From an uncultured Syntrophomonadaceae bacterium (GTDB taxonomy: Bacteria; Bacillota; Dethiobacteria; DTU022), in NCBI GenBank assembly GCA_964585925.1, contig CAZPFS010000001.1:48221-112220 (forward strand): a stretch of DNA of 64,000 bases, given 5' to 3'. The position numbers were made by a program, and so were the translations under genes. The notes beneath the pieces were generated by a model. It saw only the letters and a program-made list of their open reading frames with translations. It ran no database searches and was not told the origin of the DNA. Below, piece after piece: positions 1 to 9,195 of the stretch; position 1 is the first letter of the stretch; every line of letters starts with the position of its first letter.

Positions 1-8
1 GAGCAACG

Positions 9-452
9 ATGGCCCTGAAATTTAGGTTGCAAAGGGTGTTGGATCTCAGGTATTCACAGGAAGAACAGGCCAAAAAAGAACTGGCTCGCCGGCAGCAGAA
101 TTACCAGGAAGCAGTCAGACTGGTAAATCTGCTTCTGGAAGAAGAGGGGCTCCTGTGGGAGTTGATCAGGGGGCAGCAGGCGAAAAACGTCAACTTGGGG
201 CAGCTGCAACAGCTGAGTGATTTCAATGCCTGCCTTGGGGAACGGATCCAGGAGCAGGAAACAAAAAAAATGGAATACTCAAACCTGCTGGAAGAACAGC
301 GGGTTGCCGTAAAGGCATGTTGGCAAAAGCGGCGGGTACTGGAAATATTGCAAAATAAGGCTTTGACCAAACAAAAGGAGGTGATTGAAAACCGGGAACA
401 GCGCATGCTGGATGAACTTGTTTTATTTAGGTTTGGAAGCGGGGTTAGTTGA
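9..452 (+). CDS. fliJ: Flagellar export protein FliJ
   Basis: 147-aa coiled-coil protein starting MALKFRLQRVLDLR, with a C-terminal EQRMLDE motif typical of FliJ; lies directly before fliK. Confidence 0.85.
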   Translation: MALKFRLQRVLDLRYSQEEQAKKELARRQQNYQEAVRLVNLLLEEEGLLWELIRGQQAKNVNLGQLQQLSDFNACLGERIQEQETKKMEYSNLLEEQRVAVKACWQKRRVLEILQNKALTKQKEVIENREQRMLDELVLFRFGSGVS

Positions 453-502
453 GTTCAGCCACAGGGTGAAAAACAATTCAGCCTGAAAGGAGGTGAAATA
501 AT

Positions 503-1909
503 ATGAATATTAATTTGCCGGGTTTGGTCATGGAACCATCGGCAAGTTCGGGATCAACGGCGGTGATCTGCCGATGCGATGGCGGTCAAGGGGAGGAAAA
601 TGAGTTAATCCCGAGTTTTTTAACCGCCCTGATGGGGGAACTTCAACCGCCTGACAGCCTGGACAACGGTATTGCTGAACAGGGGAGCAACCAGGGGGAT
701 TGTCTGGAAGAAAACAAGGAACCCGCGGGGCCCTCTGATCCCGGTGATGAATCTGTTTTTAGCCCCTGCAGTATTACCGTGATAAATGACCCGGGGTTCA
801 TGACCGGGCTGCTGCACGAGGGGATGGTTTCCACAGGCAGTGAAGCGGCAACTTTAGATGCGATGGTACCGACTTCATCCAGGGATGCGCCCGCAATTTC
901 ATTTCCCGATGGTGATCTGAATTTCATTCCCGCCGGGCCTTCTGGATTGCCTTTCCGGGATGCGCCGGAAAGCACATGGTCGGAGATGGGAAAAGAGGAA
1001 AATGATCCGATAAACATGGCAATCCGAGAAAATATGGCCGCGACTTCCGGCGATGAATCCCCGATAAATCCCTTGCCCTGTTTACCGGATCTGCCGGCCC
1101 CGGTGATCGAAAAAGCGGAAGGCCCGGACCGCGCTGAATGGGAGGGCAGGCAATCTGCCCGGCCGGACCCCTGTCCTGGAACTGTAACGGATATTTCGGA
1201 ACCGATCCGGTCCGAAAAAATGCAGACAAACCTATGGGCGGATTTCGATCTTGATACAGATCCCCCTATTTCGGCACTGGAAACCAGGTCAGGCAGCGGG
1301 GATCCAGATCCCGGATCAGCCGGGTTTCCCCCTCAAAGGGCAGATGCAATAAAAGTAAATCCGCAATACCGGGAAGGAGAAACGGCCGGGGACCGCCCGA
1401 TATTTGAAAATGTATTTTCACATTCTACCGGGGAGGTTGTTCTTGACCCAACTGCCGAAAATGTGGCCGGCTCCGGCAGAACCGCCGATAATTTGATCAA
1501 TCAAATACAATCGCGCCTTGTTTATACCGCTGAAAGCGGAAATGTACCGGGCGAGATACGGGTAAAACTTGACCCCCCCCGGCTGGGAGAACTGCTGATC
1601 CGGGTTGTATCATGGCAGGGAAAATTAACTGCAGAAATAGTGGCCGAAATGGCCTCGACCAAGGAAATATTATCTTCAGGTTTGGATGAACTTCGGCAAC
1701 GGCTGGAACAGGTCAACCTTCAACTGGAACAAATAGACCTGTTTACTGCCGATGAGCTTTGTTCGGGGTCCGGTCATTTTTCTAGGGAAAATTACCACCA
1801 GGGAAAGCCCTCCGGAGCCAGGTTTCAGGGGGTTTCAAGGGAAGAAACCCTGAGCATGCCTTGCTATAGGCGGGATATTCATCAAGGAGCTGTCAATTAC
1901 TGGGTATAG
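503..1909 (+). CDS. fliK: Flagellar hook-length control protein FliK
   Basis: Long acidic, Pro-rich low-complexity N-terminal region plus C-terminal FliK_C motif (IRVKLDPPRLGELLIRV...LTAEIVAE); followed by flgD. Confidence 0.85.
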   Translation: MNINLPGLVMEPSASSGSTAVICRCDGGQGEENELIPSFLTALMGELQPPDSLDNGIAEQGSNQGDCLEENKEPAGPSDPGDESVFSPCSITVINDPGFMTGLLHEGMVSTGSEAATLDAMVPTSSRDAPAISFPDGDLNFIPAGPSGLPFRDAPESTWSEMGKEENDPINMAIRENMAATSGDESPINPLPCLPDLPAPVIEKAEGPDRAEWEGRQSARPDPCPGTVTDISEPIRSEKMQTNLWADFDLDTDPPISALETRSGSGDPDPGSAGFPPQRADAIKVNPQYREGETAGDRPIFENVFSHSTGEVVLDPTAENVAGSGRTADNLINQIQSRLVYTAESGNVPGEIRVKLDPPRLGELLIRVVSWQGKLTAEIVAEMASTKEILSSGLDELRQRLEQVNLQLEQIDLFTADELCSGSGHFSRENYHQGKPSGARFQGVSREETLSMPCYRRDIHQGAVNYWV

Positions 1910-1920
1910 GAGGTGAAAAG

Positions 1921-2376
1921 GTGAGCACAGCAGAAATTGCGGGGAACGTTTCGGCAAACACAACTGCCGCGTATTTGCCGGGTAATGCAAGCCAAACAGA
2001 CCGGAACAAACAGCCCGGAATGGACACCAATTTGTTCATGCAACTGCTGGTAGCCCAGTTGCGGTACCAGGATCCGTTTTCCGGCGGACAGGATCCCGGT
2101 CAGATGATTAGCCAACTGGCCATGTTTACCTTGTTGGAACAGGTGGTAAAGGTGCAGCAAGCAGTAGCAAGACAGGAATATATCAGCCAACAAACCGTGG
2201 CACTCGACCTGTTAAACCAGGTGGTGGAAGTGATCGATGATGAGGGGGTGGTGTCTTCCGGACTGGTAACTGCAGTCAGTTTCCGGGATCAGCAACCTTA
2301 TCTCACGGTTAATGATCAGGAGTATCCATATTCTGCCCTGATCGGGGTCGGAGGGGGGATGTCTAGCCGTGGTTAA
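1921..2376 (+). CDS. flgD: Flagellar hook capping protein FlgD
   Basis: Motif FMQLLVAQLRYQDPF...ISQLAMFTLLEQ; between fliK and flgE. Confidence 0.9.
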   Translation: MSTAEIAGNVSANTTAAYLPGNASQTDRNKQPGMDTNLFMQLLVAQLRYQDPFSGGQDPGQMISQLAMFTLLEQVVKVQQAVARQEYISQQTVALDLLNQVVEVIDDEGVVSSGLVTAVSFRDQQPYLTVNDQEYPYSALIGVGGGMSSRG

Positions 2377-2758
2377 AAGGGTGGAAGCGGATAAAACTAT
2401 ATCGCATTCGGGTGTTACCGGTATTTCAGGCAAAACAGTGCCGCCTGCCGATCCATCTTCTTCTGCCTTTCGGCAGGTACTGGAAAGCACTTACAAGCAA
2501 CACGAGATCATATTTTCTGCTCATGCCCGCGCCAGGCTGGAAGAACGAAATATAAGACTTGGTCTGGAGGATATTCAAAAGATCAACAGGGCCATGGGAA
2601 AAGCGGAATCAAAAGGAGCCCGCTCGCCTTTACTGCTTTACAAGGATATAGCCCTGGTAGCTAATATTCCCAACAGGACGATTATCACGGCGGTAGACGG
2701 GGCGGGAGAAAAAGAACAAATTTATACGGGCATTGACAGCGCGGTAATATTTCAATAG
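2369..2758 (+). CDS. Flagellar operon protein (TIGR02530-like)
   Basis: 129 aa with IFSAHARARLEERNI and ALVANIPNRTIITAVD...IYTGIDSAVI, typical of the small Bacillota protein between flgD and flgE. Confidence 0.8.
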   Translation: MVKRVEADKTISHSGVTGISGKTVPPADPSSSAFRQVLESTYKQHEIIFSAHARARLEERNIRLGLEDIQKINRAMGKAESKGARSPLLLYKDIALVANIPNRTIITAVDGAGEKEQIYTGIDSAVIFQ

Positions 2759-2809
2759 GCCGGACCTCCTGAAGGAAGCCTTTGCTCCGCGGAGCGAGCG
2801 ATGCGGAGC
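2758..2809 (+). other. Candidate structured RNA element upstream of flgE
   Basis: GGC(2758-60)/GCC(2778-80) enclosing a UCC-UGAA-GGA hairpin, then a perfect 7-bp stem GCTCCGC(2784-90)/GCGGAGC(2803-09) around a GA-rich loop. No U-tract. Confidence 0.4.
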
Positions 2810-2851
2810 GCCCGTGCTGAATTGCCTGCGGAAACAAAGGAGGTTTGCTAA

Positions 2852-4387
2852 ATGATTCGTTCACTTAGTACTGCCGTTTCCGGTTTACGGGGCCATCAGA
2901 TCAAACTGGATGTTATCGGCAACAACATTGCCAATGTGAACACGGTGGCATTTAAAAAATCACAGGCCAGGTTTGAAGACCTGCTCAGCCAGACCATGCA
3001 GGGGGCCACTGCTCCCCTGGTTCGGGGCGGTATGAACCCCTCACAGGTGGGAATGGGGATGAGGGTTTCGGCCATTCTCAACAACCACTTTCAGGGGCCC
3101 ATTCAAAACACCGACCGGGAAACGGATCTGGCCATTGAAGGAGCAGGTTATTTTGTGGTTTCCGATGGCCGGGAATACTTCTATACCCGAGACGGCTCTT
3201 TCGGACGAGATGCCAGCGGCCACTTGGTAAACGTAAACGGACTGAGATTGATGGGTTGGGTGGGATCGGAGGATATTGAACGGGGAGAGCTTTCCCAATT
3301 GCATATCCCCCTCGGCGAACGGGTCGTTGCCCGGGCTACGACGGCGATGTCCTTCGCCGGGAACCTGGATGCCCGGGCCTGGATGGCGGCCCAACCTGAA
3401 ATTTTTGAGTTGAACCTGGGCGGGGCCAGCGAGGGCGGGTTTACATTTATTAACAGGTTGGCCGATCCCGTAATCGAAACCGATACGCTGGGCTTTGACG
3501 CCACCGCGGGGGAAATCCGGGAAACCCTGGCAGAGCTGTATGGTTGTGATCTCGGGATGATAACCGTGACCGGAGGCGACGGACTATTCACAATAGTTTT
3601 CGATTCCTCGCTCGGAAAGCCCGAGCTTGACTTTGATGGCGCCGGCCTCGGAGAAGCGACTGATCCGGCCCTGACCGGAATCCAGGGGTTTAAAGAGGCG
3701 GGCCCGGCTGCAGGGAGCCGCTACAGTTATGAACATTATCTGTTTGACTCCCAGGGGCGGCGCTACTTCGTGGAATTCGTCTTTACGCCCAGCGGACAGA
3801 ATACCTGGAACTATGAGGCGATCATGGAAGGGGAAGCCAACCCCATATCCCAGGGAGCACTGGTTTTCGATGCGCATGGCAACCTGGATCTGGCCAACTC
3901 AACGATAAGTGATCTGAATTACTATCCGGACGGAGCGGAGCATCTGGCAGTCAACCCCAACTTTATGGGTTGCACCCAGTTGGCCGGGCTCAGCAACCTG
4001 CTGGTCAGAGAGCAGGACGGCTTCCCTACCGGGGAACTGGTCTCCTTTGAAATCGGTCGCACCGGAGTAATTACCGGCACCTACAGCAACGGAATGGTAG
4101 AGAATCTGGGGCAGGTAGCTCTGGTTTTTTTCACCAATCCGGAAGGTCTGATCAAGGAGGGGGGAAATCTTTACCAGGTTACCTCCAACTCGGGAGAGGC
4201 CAGGCCGGGTTTGCCGGGAGCTGAAGGGCGGGGTCTGATCCGGTCTTCATCCCTTGAGATGTCCAATGCCGACATTGCGGTAGAATTTACCGAATTGATC
4301 ACTACCAGTCGTGCGTTCCAGGCCAACACCCGGGTAATAACCGCCTCGGACGAAATTCTGATGGAAGTAATCAATATGAAGCGCTAA
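2852..4387 (+). CDS. flgE: Flagellar hook protein FlgE, with an internal insertion
   Basis: N-terminal SGL...GNNIANVNT, LAIEGAGYF, YTRDGSF, and C-terminal LEMSNADIAVEFTELITTSRAFQAN. Confidence 0.93.
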   Translation: MIRSLSTAVSGLRGHQIKLDVIGNNIANVNTVAFKKSQARFEDLLSQTMQGATAPLVRGGMNPSQVGMGMRVSAILNNHFQGPIQNTDRETDLAIEGAGYFVVSDGREYFYTRDGSFGRDASGHLVNVNGLRLMGWVGSEDIERGELSQLHIPLGERVVARATTAMSFAGNLDARAWMAAQPEIFELNLGGASEGGFTFINRLADPVIETDTLGFDATAGEIRETLAELYGCDLGMITVTGGDGLFTIVFDSSLGKPELDFDGAGLGEATDPALTGIQGFKEAGPAAGSRYSYEHYLFDSQGRRYFVEFVFTPSGQNTWNYEAIMEGEANPISQGALVFDAHGNLDLANSTISDLNYYPDGAEHLAVNPNFMGCTQLAGLSNLLVREQDGFPTGELVSFEIGRTGVITGTYSNGMVENLGQVALVFFTNPEGLIKEGGNLYQVTSNSGEARPGLPGAEGRGLIRSSSLEMSNADIAVEFTELITTSRAFQANTRVITASDEILMEVINMKR

Positions 4388-4398
4388 TATATTTGATT

Positions 4399-4423
4399 CC
4401 GGGGGGGGCGTCGCCCCCTCCGG
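4399..4423 (+). other. GC-rich hairpin between flgE and motA
   Basis: CCGGGGGGGGC-GTC-GCCCCCTCCGG: 11-bp stem with one G-U pair, no poly-U tail. Confidence 0.45.
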
Positions 4424-4438
4424 TTCTGCAAATGAGGG

Positions 4439-5266
4439 TTGTTCATGAAGCGGTTTGACAATATGACCTGGTTGGGGATAGTGGTTGGGATGGGCCTGGT
4501 TTTGATAGGCATTAAAATGGAGGGCGAACTGGGGGCTTTTTGGAATGTTTCCGGTTTGCTGATTACCGTTGGCGGCTCCTTTGGGGCGGTTATGGTAAAT
4601 TTCAGGGCAGAAGAAATCAAGGCCGTTTTTCAGGTTACCAAGCAGGCCTTTGTACGGCATGACGAATCAGTGACAGACTTGAATGAAAAATTTGTCTACC
4701 TGACCAAAAAAGCCCGCCGGGAGGGGCTGCTGGTGCTGGAAGATGAGCTGCCCGAGATCGAAGATCTTTTTTTCCGGAACGGTCTGCAGATGGTGATCGA
4801 TGGTTTTGAACCGGAGGCCATCCAGACCATATTGTCCTCCGAATTGGAAGCGCTGGCCGATCGCCATGAACTGGGGCAGGGTCTTTATAAAACATGGGGG
4901 GGATTATGCCCGGCTTTTGGGATGATCGGCACCCTGATTGGCCTGGTAATGATGTTGGGAAAACTGGAGGATCCGAGCGCGATCGGCCCCGGTATGGCGG
5001 TGGCCCTGCTGACCACGTTTTATGGAGTGATTCTGGCCAATCTGGTATTTTTACCCCTAGCCGGTAAACTTTCCATTTACAGCAAACAGGAGATCTACAG
5101 AAAGCAAATCATATTCAAGGCGTTACTGCTACTGCAAAGCGGGGTCAATCCGCGCCTGATGGAAGAACAATTGAAGGCATATTTTTCCCCTGCCGAGAGG
5201 AAATTACTGGAACAGGCCAAACTGGAGGAGGAAGAAAGGCCGGAGGACGTGATGTTCAATGGCTGA
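4439..5266 (+). CDS. motA: Flagellar stator protein MotA/PomA
   Basis: TM segments; ARREGLLVLE, GLQMVIDG, PAFGMIGTLIGLV and ALLTTFYG motifs. Confidence 0.95.
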   Translation: MFMKRFDNMTWLGIVVGMGLVLIGIKMEGELGAFWNVSGLLITVGGSFGAVMVNFRAEEIKAVFQVTKQAFVRHDESVTDLNEKFVYLTKKARREGLLVLEDELPEIEDLFFRNGLQMVIDGFEPEAIQTILSSELEALADRHELGQGLYKTWGGLCPAFGMIGTLIGLVMMLGKLEDPSAIGPGMAVALLTTFYGVILANLVFLPLAGKLSIYSKQEIYRKQIIFKALLLLQSGVNPRLMEEQLKAYFSPAERKLLEQAKLEEEERPEDVMFNG

Positions 5267-6005
5267 GCATTTTATACGCCGGGTAAAACGTCAAACCCCG
5301 GATGAAGTAAGCAGCCCTTTGTGGATGACTACCTATTCCGATATGGTAACTTTGCTGTTGACCTTTTTTATATTGTTGTTTGCCATGTCGGTGATCAACA
5401 TGGAGCGGTTCCAAAAGGTTATTATGTCTTTTCAAACCGCATTTTTTGGAAATACCGGCATACTGGACAGCCCTCCTGAACCGGAAACAACGGAAACCGA
5501 AATGACCGAGTATGACGAAAGTCTGATTCTGGAGGAATCACTGCTGGAAAAGATCAGGCAGGCTGAGATAGTAAGAGACAGGCTGGAGCTGTTTATGGTG
5601 GAGGCCGGCCTACAGGGGTCGGTGGATATAAGATTGGAGGAACGCGGAGTGGTGATGGAGCTGCCCGATTATATTTTTTTTGAACGCTCCAGCGCCGATC
5701 TCAAACCGCAGTCACGGCATGTACTGACCAAACTGGCCGAATTCTTTAATGAAATTACAAACCAGGTGATCATTGAAGGGCACACCTGCAATTTGCCGAT
5801 CAACACATTTCAATACCCCAGCAATTGGGAGCTGTCGGTAGCCAGATCGGTTCGGGTAACCCGCTACCTGGTGGAAGACTTGGGGCTGCCGCCGGGACGT
5901 TTTATAGCCACCGGTTACGGTGAGTACCAGCCACTGGATACCAATGAAACTGCCGAAGGCAGGGCCAGAAATCGGAGGGTGACCGTGGTAATTTCAATTA
6001 ACTGA
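5259..6005 (+). CDS. motB: Flagellar stator protein MotB
   Basis: WMTTYSDMVTLLLTFF with the conserved Asp; OmpA-like C-terminus (IEGHT, NWELSVAR, NRRV). Confidence 0.95.
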   Translation: MAEHFIRRVKRQTPDEVSSPLWMTTYSDMVTLLLTFFILLFAMSVINMERFQKVIMSFQTAFFGNTGILDSPPEPETTETEMTEYDESLILEESLLEKIRQAEIVRDRLELFMVEAGLQGSVDIRLEERGVVMELPDYIFFERSSADLKPQSRHVLTKLAEFFNEITNQVIIEGHTCNLPINTFQYPSNWELSVARSVRVTRYLVEDLGLPPGRFIATGYGEYQPLDTNETAEGRARNRRVTVVISIN

Positions 6006-6028
6006 ATAGCAGAGGCAGGTGGTATTTT

Positions 6029-6520
6029 ATGCGTGCAGATCCCGGTGAAGAGATCTCTGAAAATAAAAAGGAAGCAGTTACAGACAAAAAGAAAAAAAAT
6101 TATATGTACATTATGTCCGGAGTGATCATCGTCGGCATACTGGCCGCAGCGGCCTGGTTCCAGTTTGGAAACGGGACATTTCCCTGGTCAAAAAACAACT
6201 TGCAGAAGCAGGAAGTACCGCGATATTTGATTCCGGTCAAAGAATTGCAGGTCAATCTGGCTGACAAAGGATCCCGTCGCTATATCAGATTTAAAATCTA
6301 TCTCAGCAGCAGTGACAAAGATCTGATGAAAGAGGTTGAACAGAGGGAACCGGAGCTGCGCTCCTGTCTGATCACGATCCTGCGCAATACCGCGGTGAAC
6401 GAACTTGATGGAGAAAATGGAATGGCCCTGTTGAAAAACGAGATCCTGGAACAGGCCAATTCCCTGTTTGCCACCGGGAAGGTAGAAGAAGTTTTTTTTG
6501 ACGAGTTTATTATTCAATAA
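6029..6520 (+). CDS. fliL: Flagellar basal body-associated protein FliL
   Basis: Single TM, VNLAD motif, C-terminal VEEVFFDEFIIQ; follows motB. Confidence 0.88.
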   Translation: MRADPGEEISENKKEAVTDKKKKNYMYIMSGVIIVGILAAAAWFQFGNGTFPWSKNNLQKQEVPRYLIPVKELQVNLADKGSRRYIRFKIYLSSSDKDLMKEVEQREPELRSCLITILRNTAVNELDGENGMALLKNEILEQANSLFATGKVEEVFFDEFIIQ

Positions 6521-6534
6521 AGCGAGGACCGGAG

Positions 6535-6906
6535 ATGGAACAAAACCGAACTAAAGCCGAACCATCATCTCACACCTGTAACCCGGAGCCGAAGGAGGAA
6601 CCGACAGTACAAAAAGTAGAGTTCCACCCGCTTCAGCCCGCGGGCGGCGCTTCCCCAAAACGGGAAATACACCTTGCTTTTTTGGAGGTAGGTCTGAAAT
6701 TGGAGGCCGAACTGGGAAAGACCAGCATCAAAATAAGGGATTTGATTGATCTGGAGGAGGGCTCGCTTTTGAAATTAAACCAGCTGGCAGATGAAAGTGT
6801 AACCATGCTGGTGAATGAAGTGCCCTTTGCAATGGGAGAGATTGTGGTGATCAACGATCATTTTGGGGTCAGAATCACCTCTTTTATTCACGGACAATCG
6901 GAATGA
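6535..6906 (+). CDS. fliN: Flagellar motor switch protein FliN (copy 1)
   Basis: SpoA/FliN domain (AELGKTSIKIRDLIDLEEGS...GEIVVINDHFGVRIT). Confidence 0.85.
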   Translation: MEQNRTKAEPSSHTCNPEPKEEPTVQKVEFHPLQPAGGASPKREIHLAFLEVGLKLEAELGKTSIKIRDLIDLEEGSLLKLNQLADESVTMLVNEVPFAMGEIVVINDHFGVRITSFIHGQSE

Positions 6907-6935
6907 TTGTATAACCGGAACAGGGGACGATGTGC

Positions 6936-7304
6936 ATGGAAGAATACCTGTTGGTGTTGAAATTAACCGTGTATCTGATACTGATAGTCCTGTTGGTTTA
7001 CCTGGCCCTAAGGTTTGGATTGCGTCGGTTTCAACCCGGCCAGGGACCGGGCTGTATCAGAATAGTCCAGAAAGTGCCTCTGGATATTAAAGGCACCATG
7101 TCACTGGTTGTGATCCATGTGGGGGAGAAGGCACTTCTGTTGGGGGTTTCCCCGGGCAGCATAACCGTGTTGAGGGAACTGACTCAGGATGATCTAAAGG
7201 TGATTCCCCAAGCTCATACCGGTTCGGAAACATTTGCCGGTATATTTTCACGGATAGTGACCGGCTATAAAGATAAAATTTCGTCCGGAAAAGGGGGATC
7301 ATAG
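6936..7304 (+). CDS. fliO: Flagellar biosynthesis protein FliO/FliZ
   Basis: N-terminal TM, then IRIVQKVPL...LLLGVSPGSITVLREL; directly before fliP. Start at 6930 or 6936. Confidence 0.8.
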   Translation: MEEYLLVLKLTVYLILIVLLVYLALRFGLRRFQPGQGPGCIRIVQKVPLDIKGTMSLVVIHVGEKALLLGVSPGSITVLRELTQDDLKVIPQAHTGSETFAGIFSRIVTGYKDKISSGKGGS

Positions 7305-7307
7305 GGT

Positions 7308-8081
7308 TTGAGACCGGCTGGAAAGTTTCTGATCATCATGACCGCGGTGGTAATAATTGCCGTAATTTTCGGCGGAGCCCGGGGGGTGCTTGCACAGCCA
7401 CTTCCGTTTCCCGAGATGGAACTGCACTTGGGTGGCGGGGAAGGAAACCCGGAAGGGGTGGCAAGTTTCCTGCAGTTGCTGCTTTTTCTGTCAGTCCTAT
7501 CCCTGGCACCGGCATTTGTTGTATTGATGACCTCATTTACCAGGATTGTCATCGTGCTTTCCTTTGTACGCAGCGCCCTGTCTACCCACCAGACACCGCC
7601 CAGCCAGGTGTTGATCGGATTGGCTTTGTTTATGACCGTATTTGTAATGTACCCCACCTGGGAACAAGTAAATGAGGAAGCGGTTAAACCTTACCTGGAA
7701 GGGGAAATCACCCAGGAAGAAGCCCTGGAAAAAGCAAAAAACCCCGTTGCCGAATTTATGTATTATCAGACCAGGGAAAAAGATTTAGCCCTATTTATCA
7801 ATATTTCCCAAATAGATATGCCGGAAAATAAAAATGATGTCCCTTTATATGTGCTTGTGCCCTCGTTTGTAACCAGTGAGTTGAAAACAGCTTTTCAAAT
7901 GGGCTTTATACTGTTTATTCCTTTCCTGGTGATCGATATGGTGGTGGCCAGCACCCTGATGTCCATGGGGATGTTTATGCTCCCTCCGGTGATCATATCG
8001 CTGCCGTTCAAGATATTGCTGTTTGTGCTGGTGGACGGCTGGCATCTGGTAGTTAAATCATTGCTGCAAAGTTTTAGTTGA
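7308..8081 (+). CDS. fliP: Flagellar export apparatus protein FliP
   Basis: MTSFTRIVIVLSFVRSAL, PP.QVLIGLALF, AFQMGF..FIPFLVID, ISLPFKILLFVLVDGW. Confidence 0.97.
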   Translation: MRPAGKFLIIMTAVVIIAVIFGGARGVLAQPLPFPEMELHLGGGEGNPEGVASFLQLLLFLSVLSLAPAFVVLMTSFTRIVIVLSFVRSALSTHQTPPSQVLIGLALFMTVFVMYPTWEQVNEEAVKPYLEGEITQEEALEKAKNPVAEFMYYQTREKDLALFINISQIDMPENKNDVPLYVLVPSFVTSELKTAFQMGFILFIPFLVIDMVVASTLMSMGMFMLPPVIISLPFKILLFVLVDGWHLVVKSLLQSFS

Positions 8082-8094
8082 AAGGGGATCCAAA

Positions 8095-8361
8095 ATGGGG
8101 CCGGAAGTCATGTTGGGGATGCTGCAAGAGGCGATCAAGGTAATACTGATAGTGGTGGCGCCTATTCTCGGTTCCGGCTTGTTGGTCGGGCTGACGGTGA
8201 GCATTTTGCAGGCTACGACCCAGATTCAAGAACCTACCCTGGCCTTTGTCCCCAAGATCGTTACCGTGCTGCTCATGTATATGCTGTTGGGAGGATGGAT
8301 ATTTGGGGTTATTGTCAAATTTACCATTCAGTTGTGGGAAAGAGGGTTGGTCCTGTTTTAA
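8095..8361 (+). CDS. fliQ: Flagellar export protein FliQ
   Basis: 88 aa with QATTQIQEPTLAFVPKI. Confidence 0.95.
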   Translation: MGPEVMLGMLQEAIKVILIVVAPILGSGLLVGLTVSILQATTQIQEPTLAFVPKIVTVLLMYMLLGGWIFGVIVKFTIQLWERGLVLF

Positions 8362-8411
8362 TGTCTGTAAAATAGTTTTTACCGCCGGTAAGAGAGGAGG
8401 TTTAAGGAGAA

Positions 8412-9191
8412 TTGGCAGAACTCTATCCCCTTAATTTGGATCACTGGTTGATCTATTTGCTGGTGCTGGCCCGGATGATGGGGATAGTGTTTCTTTTTCC
8501 TTTCTTCAACTGGCGGGGCATACCCTTACTGGTGCGGGTATGGATTGCCCTGATGCTGGCCTGGCTGATCTATTCTTCCCTGGGGGAGGAAGTGGCGATG
8601 GATTCCGGCGGATACCTGGAAACTGCGCTGTTGCTGGCCAAGGAGGCTGCTGTCGGGCTGGCGCTGGGTTTTCTGATCACCCTCTGTTTCAACGTATTTC
8701 TCAATGCCGGACAGCTGATGGATTTGGGGGCGGGCCTTACTTTGTCGGCAGTGTTCAATCCCCAATTTGGCACCCAGGTTTCTTTTATGGGGCAATTCTA
8801 TTATCTGCTGGTGTTGGTGTTTTATTTTAACTTGAATGGCCACCACATTTTTTTAGGAGAAATAGCTGAAAGTTATCGCCTGATTCCCATTCCGGCAAAT
8901 CTGCTGACACCGGCGTTGGCTTCGGGTATGGGTAAGGTATTTGCCCATATGTTTGCACTGTCTTTCCAGATTGCCGCTCCCCTGATCATGGTGCTGTTGA
9001 TTCTGGATCTGGCCTTGGGTCTCATTGCTAAAACCGTACCTCAGGTACATGTATTTGTCGAGGGATTGCCGCTGAAGATCGCGCTTTCTTTGCTGTTGAT
9101 TGGATTATTGCTGCCCCTGATGGGAGTTGCCTGGGAAAACCTGCTCGATGTTTTTTCAGGGCATATCGCCTGGTTTATGGAAGAGTGGTGA
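8412..9191 (+). CDS. fliR: Flagellar export protein FliR
   Basis: Hydrophobic protein; AGQLMDLGAGL, NGHH, PQVHVFVEGLPLKI. Confidence 0.93.
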   Translation: MAELYPLNLDHWLIYLLVLARMMGIVFLFPFFNWRGIPLLVRVWIALMLAWLIYSSLGEEVAMDSGGYLETALLLAKEAAVGLALGFLITLCFNVFLNAGQLMDLGAGLTLSAVFNPQFGTQVSFMGQFYYLLVLVFYFNLNGHHIFLGEIAESYRLIPIPANLLTPALASGMGKVFAHMFALSFQIAAPLIMVLLILDLALGLIAKTVPQVHVFVEGLPLKIALSLLLIGLLLPLMGVAWENLLDVFSGHIAWFMEEW

Positions 9192-9195
9192 GGAT

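Noticed and set aside
1570-1582. Homopolymer runs (poly-C in fliK; poly-G at about 4401, 19155 and 43586) as phase-variation switches
   Set aside because: Runs are short (10 or fewer), reading frames are intact or the runs are intergenic or in a pseudogene, and nothing indicates slippage.
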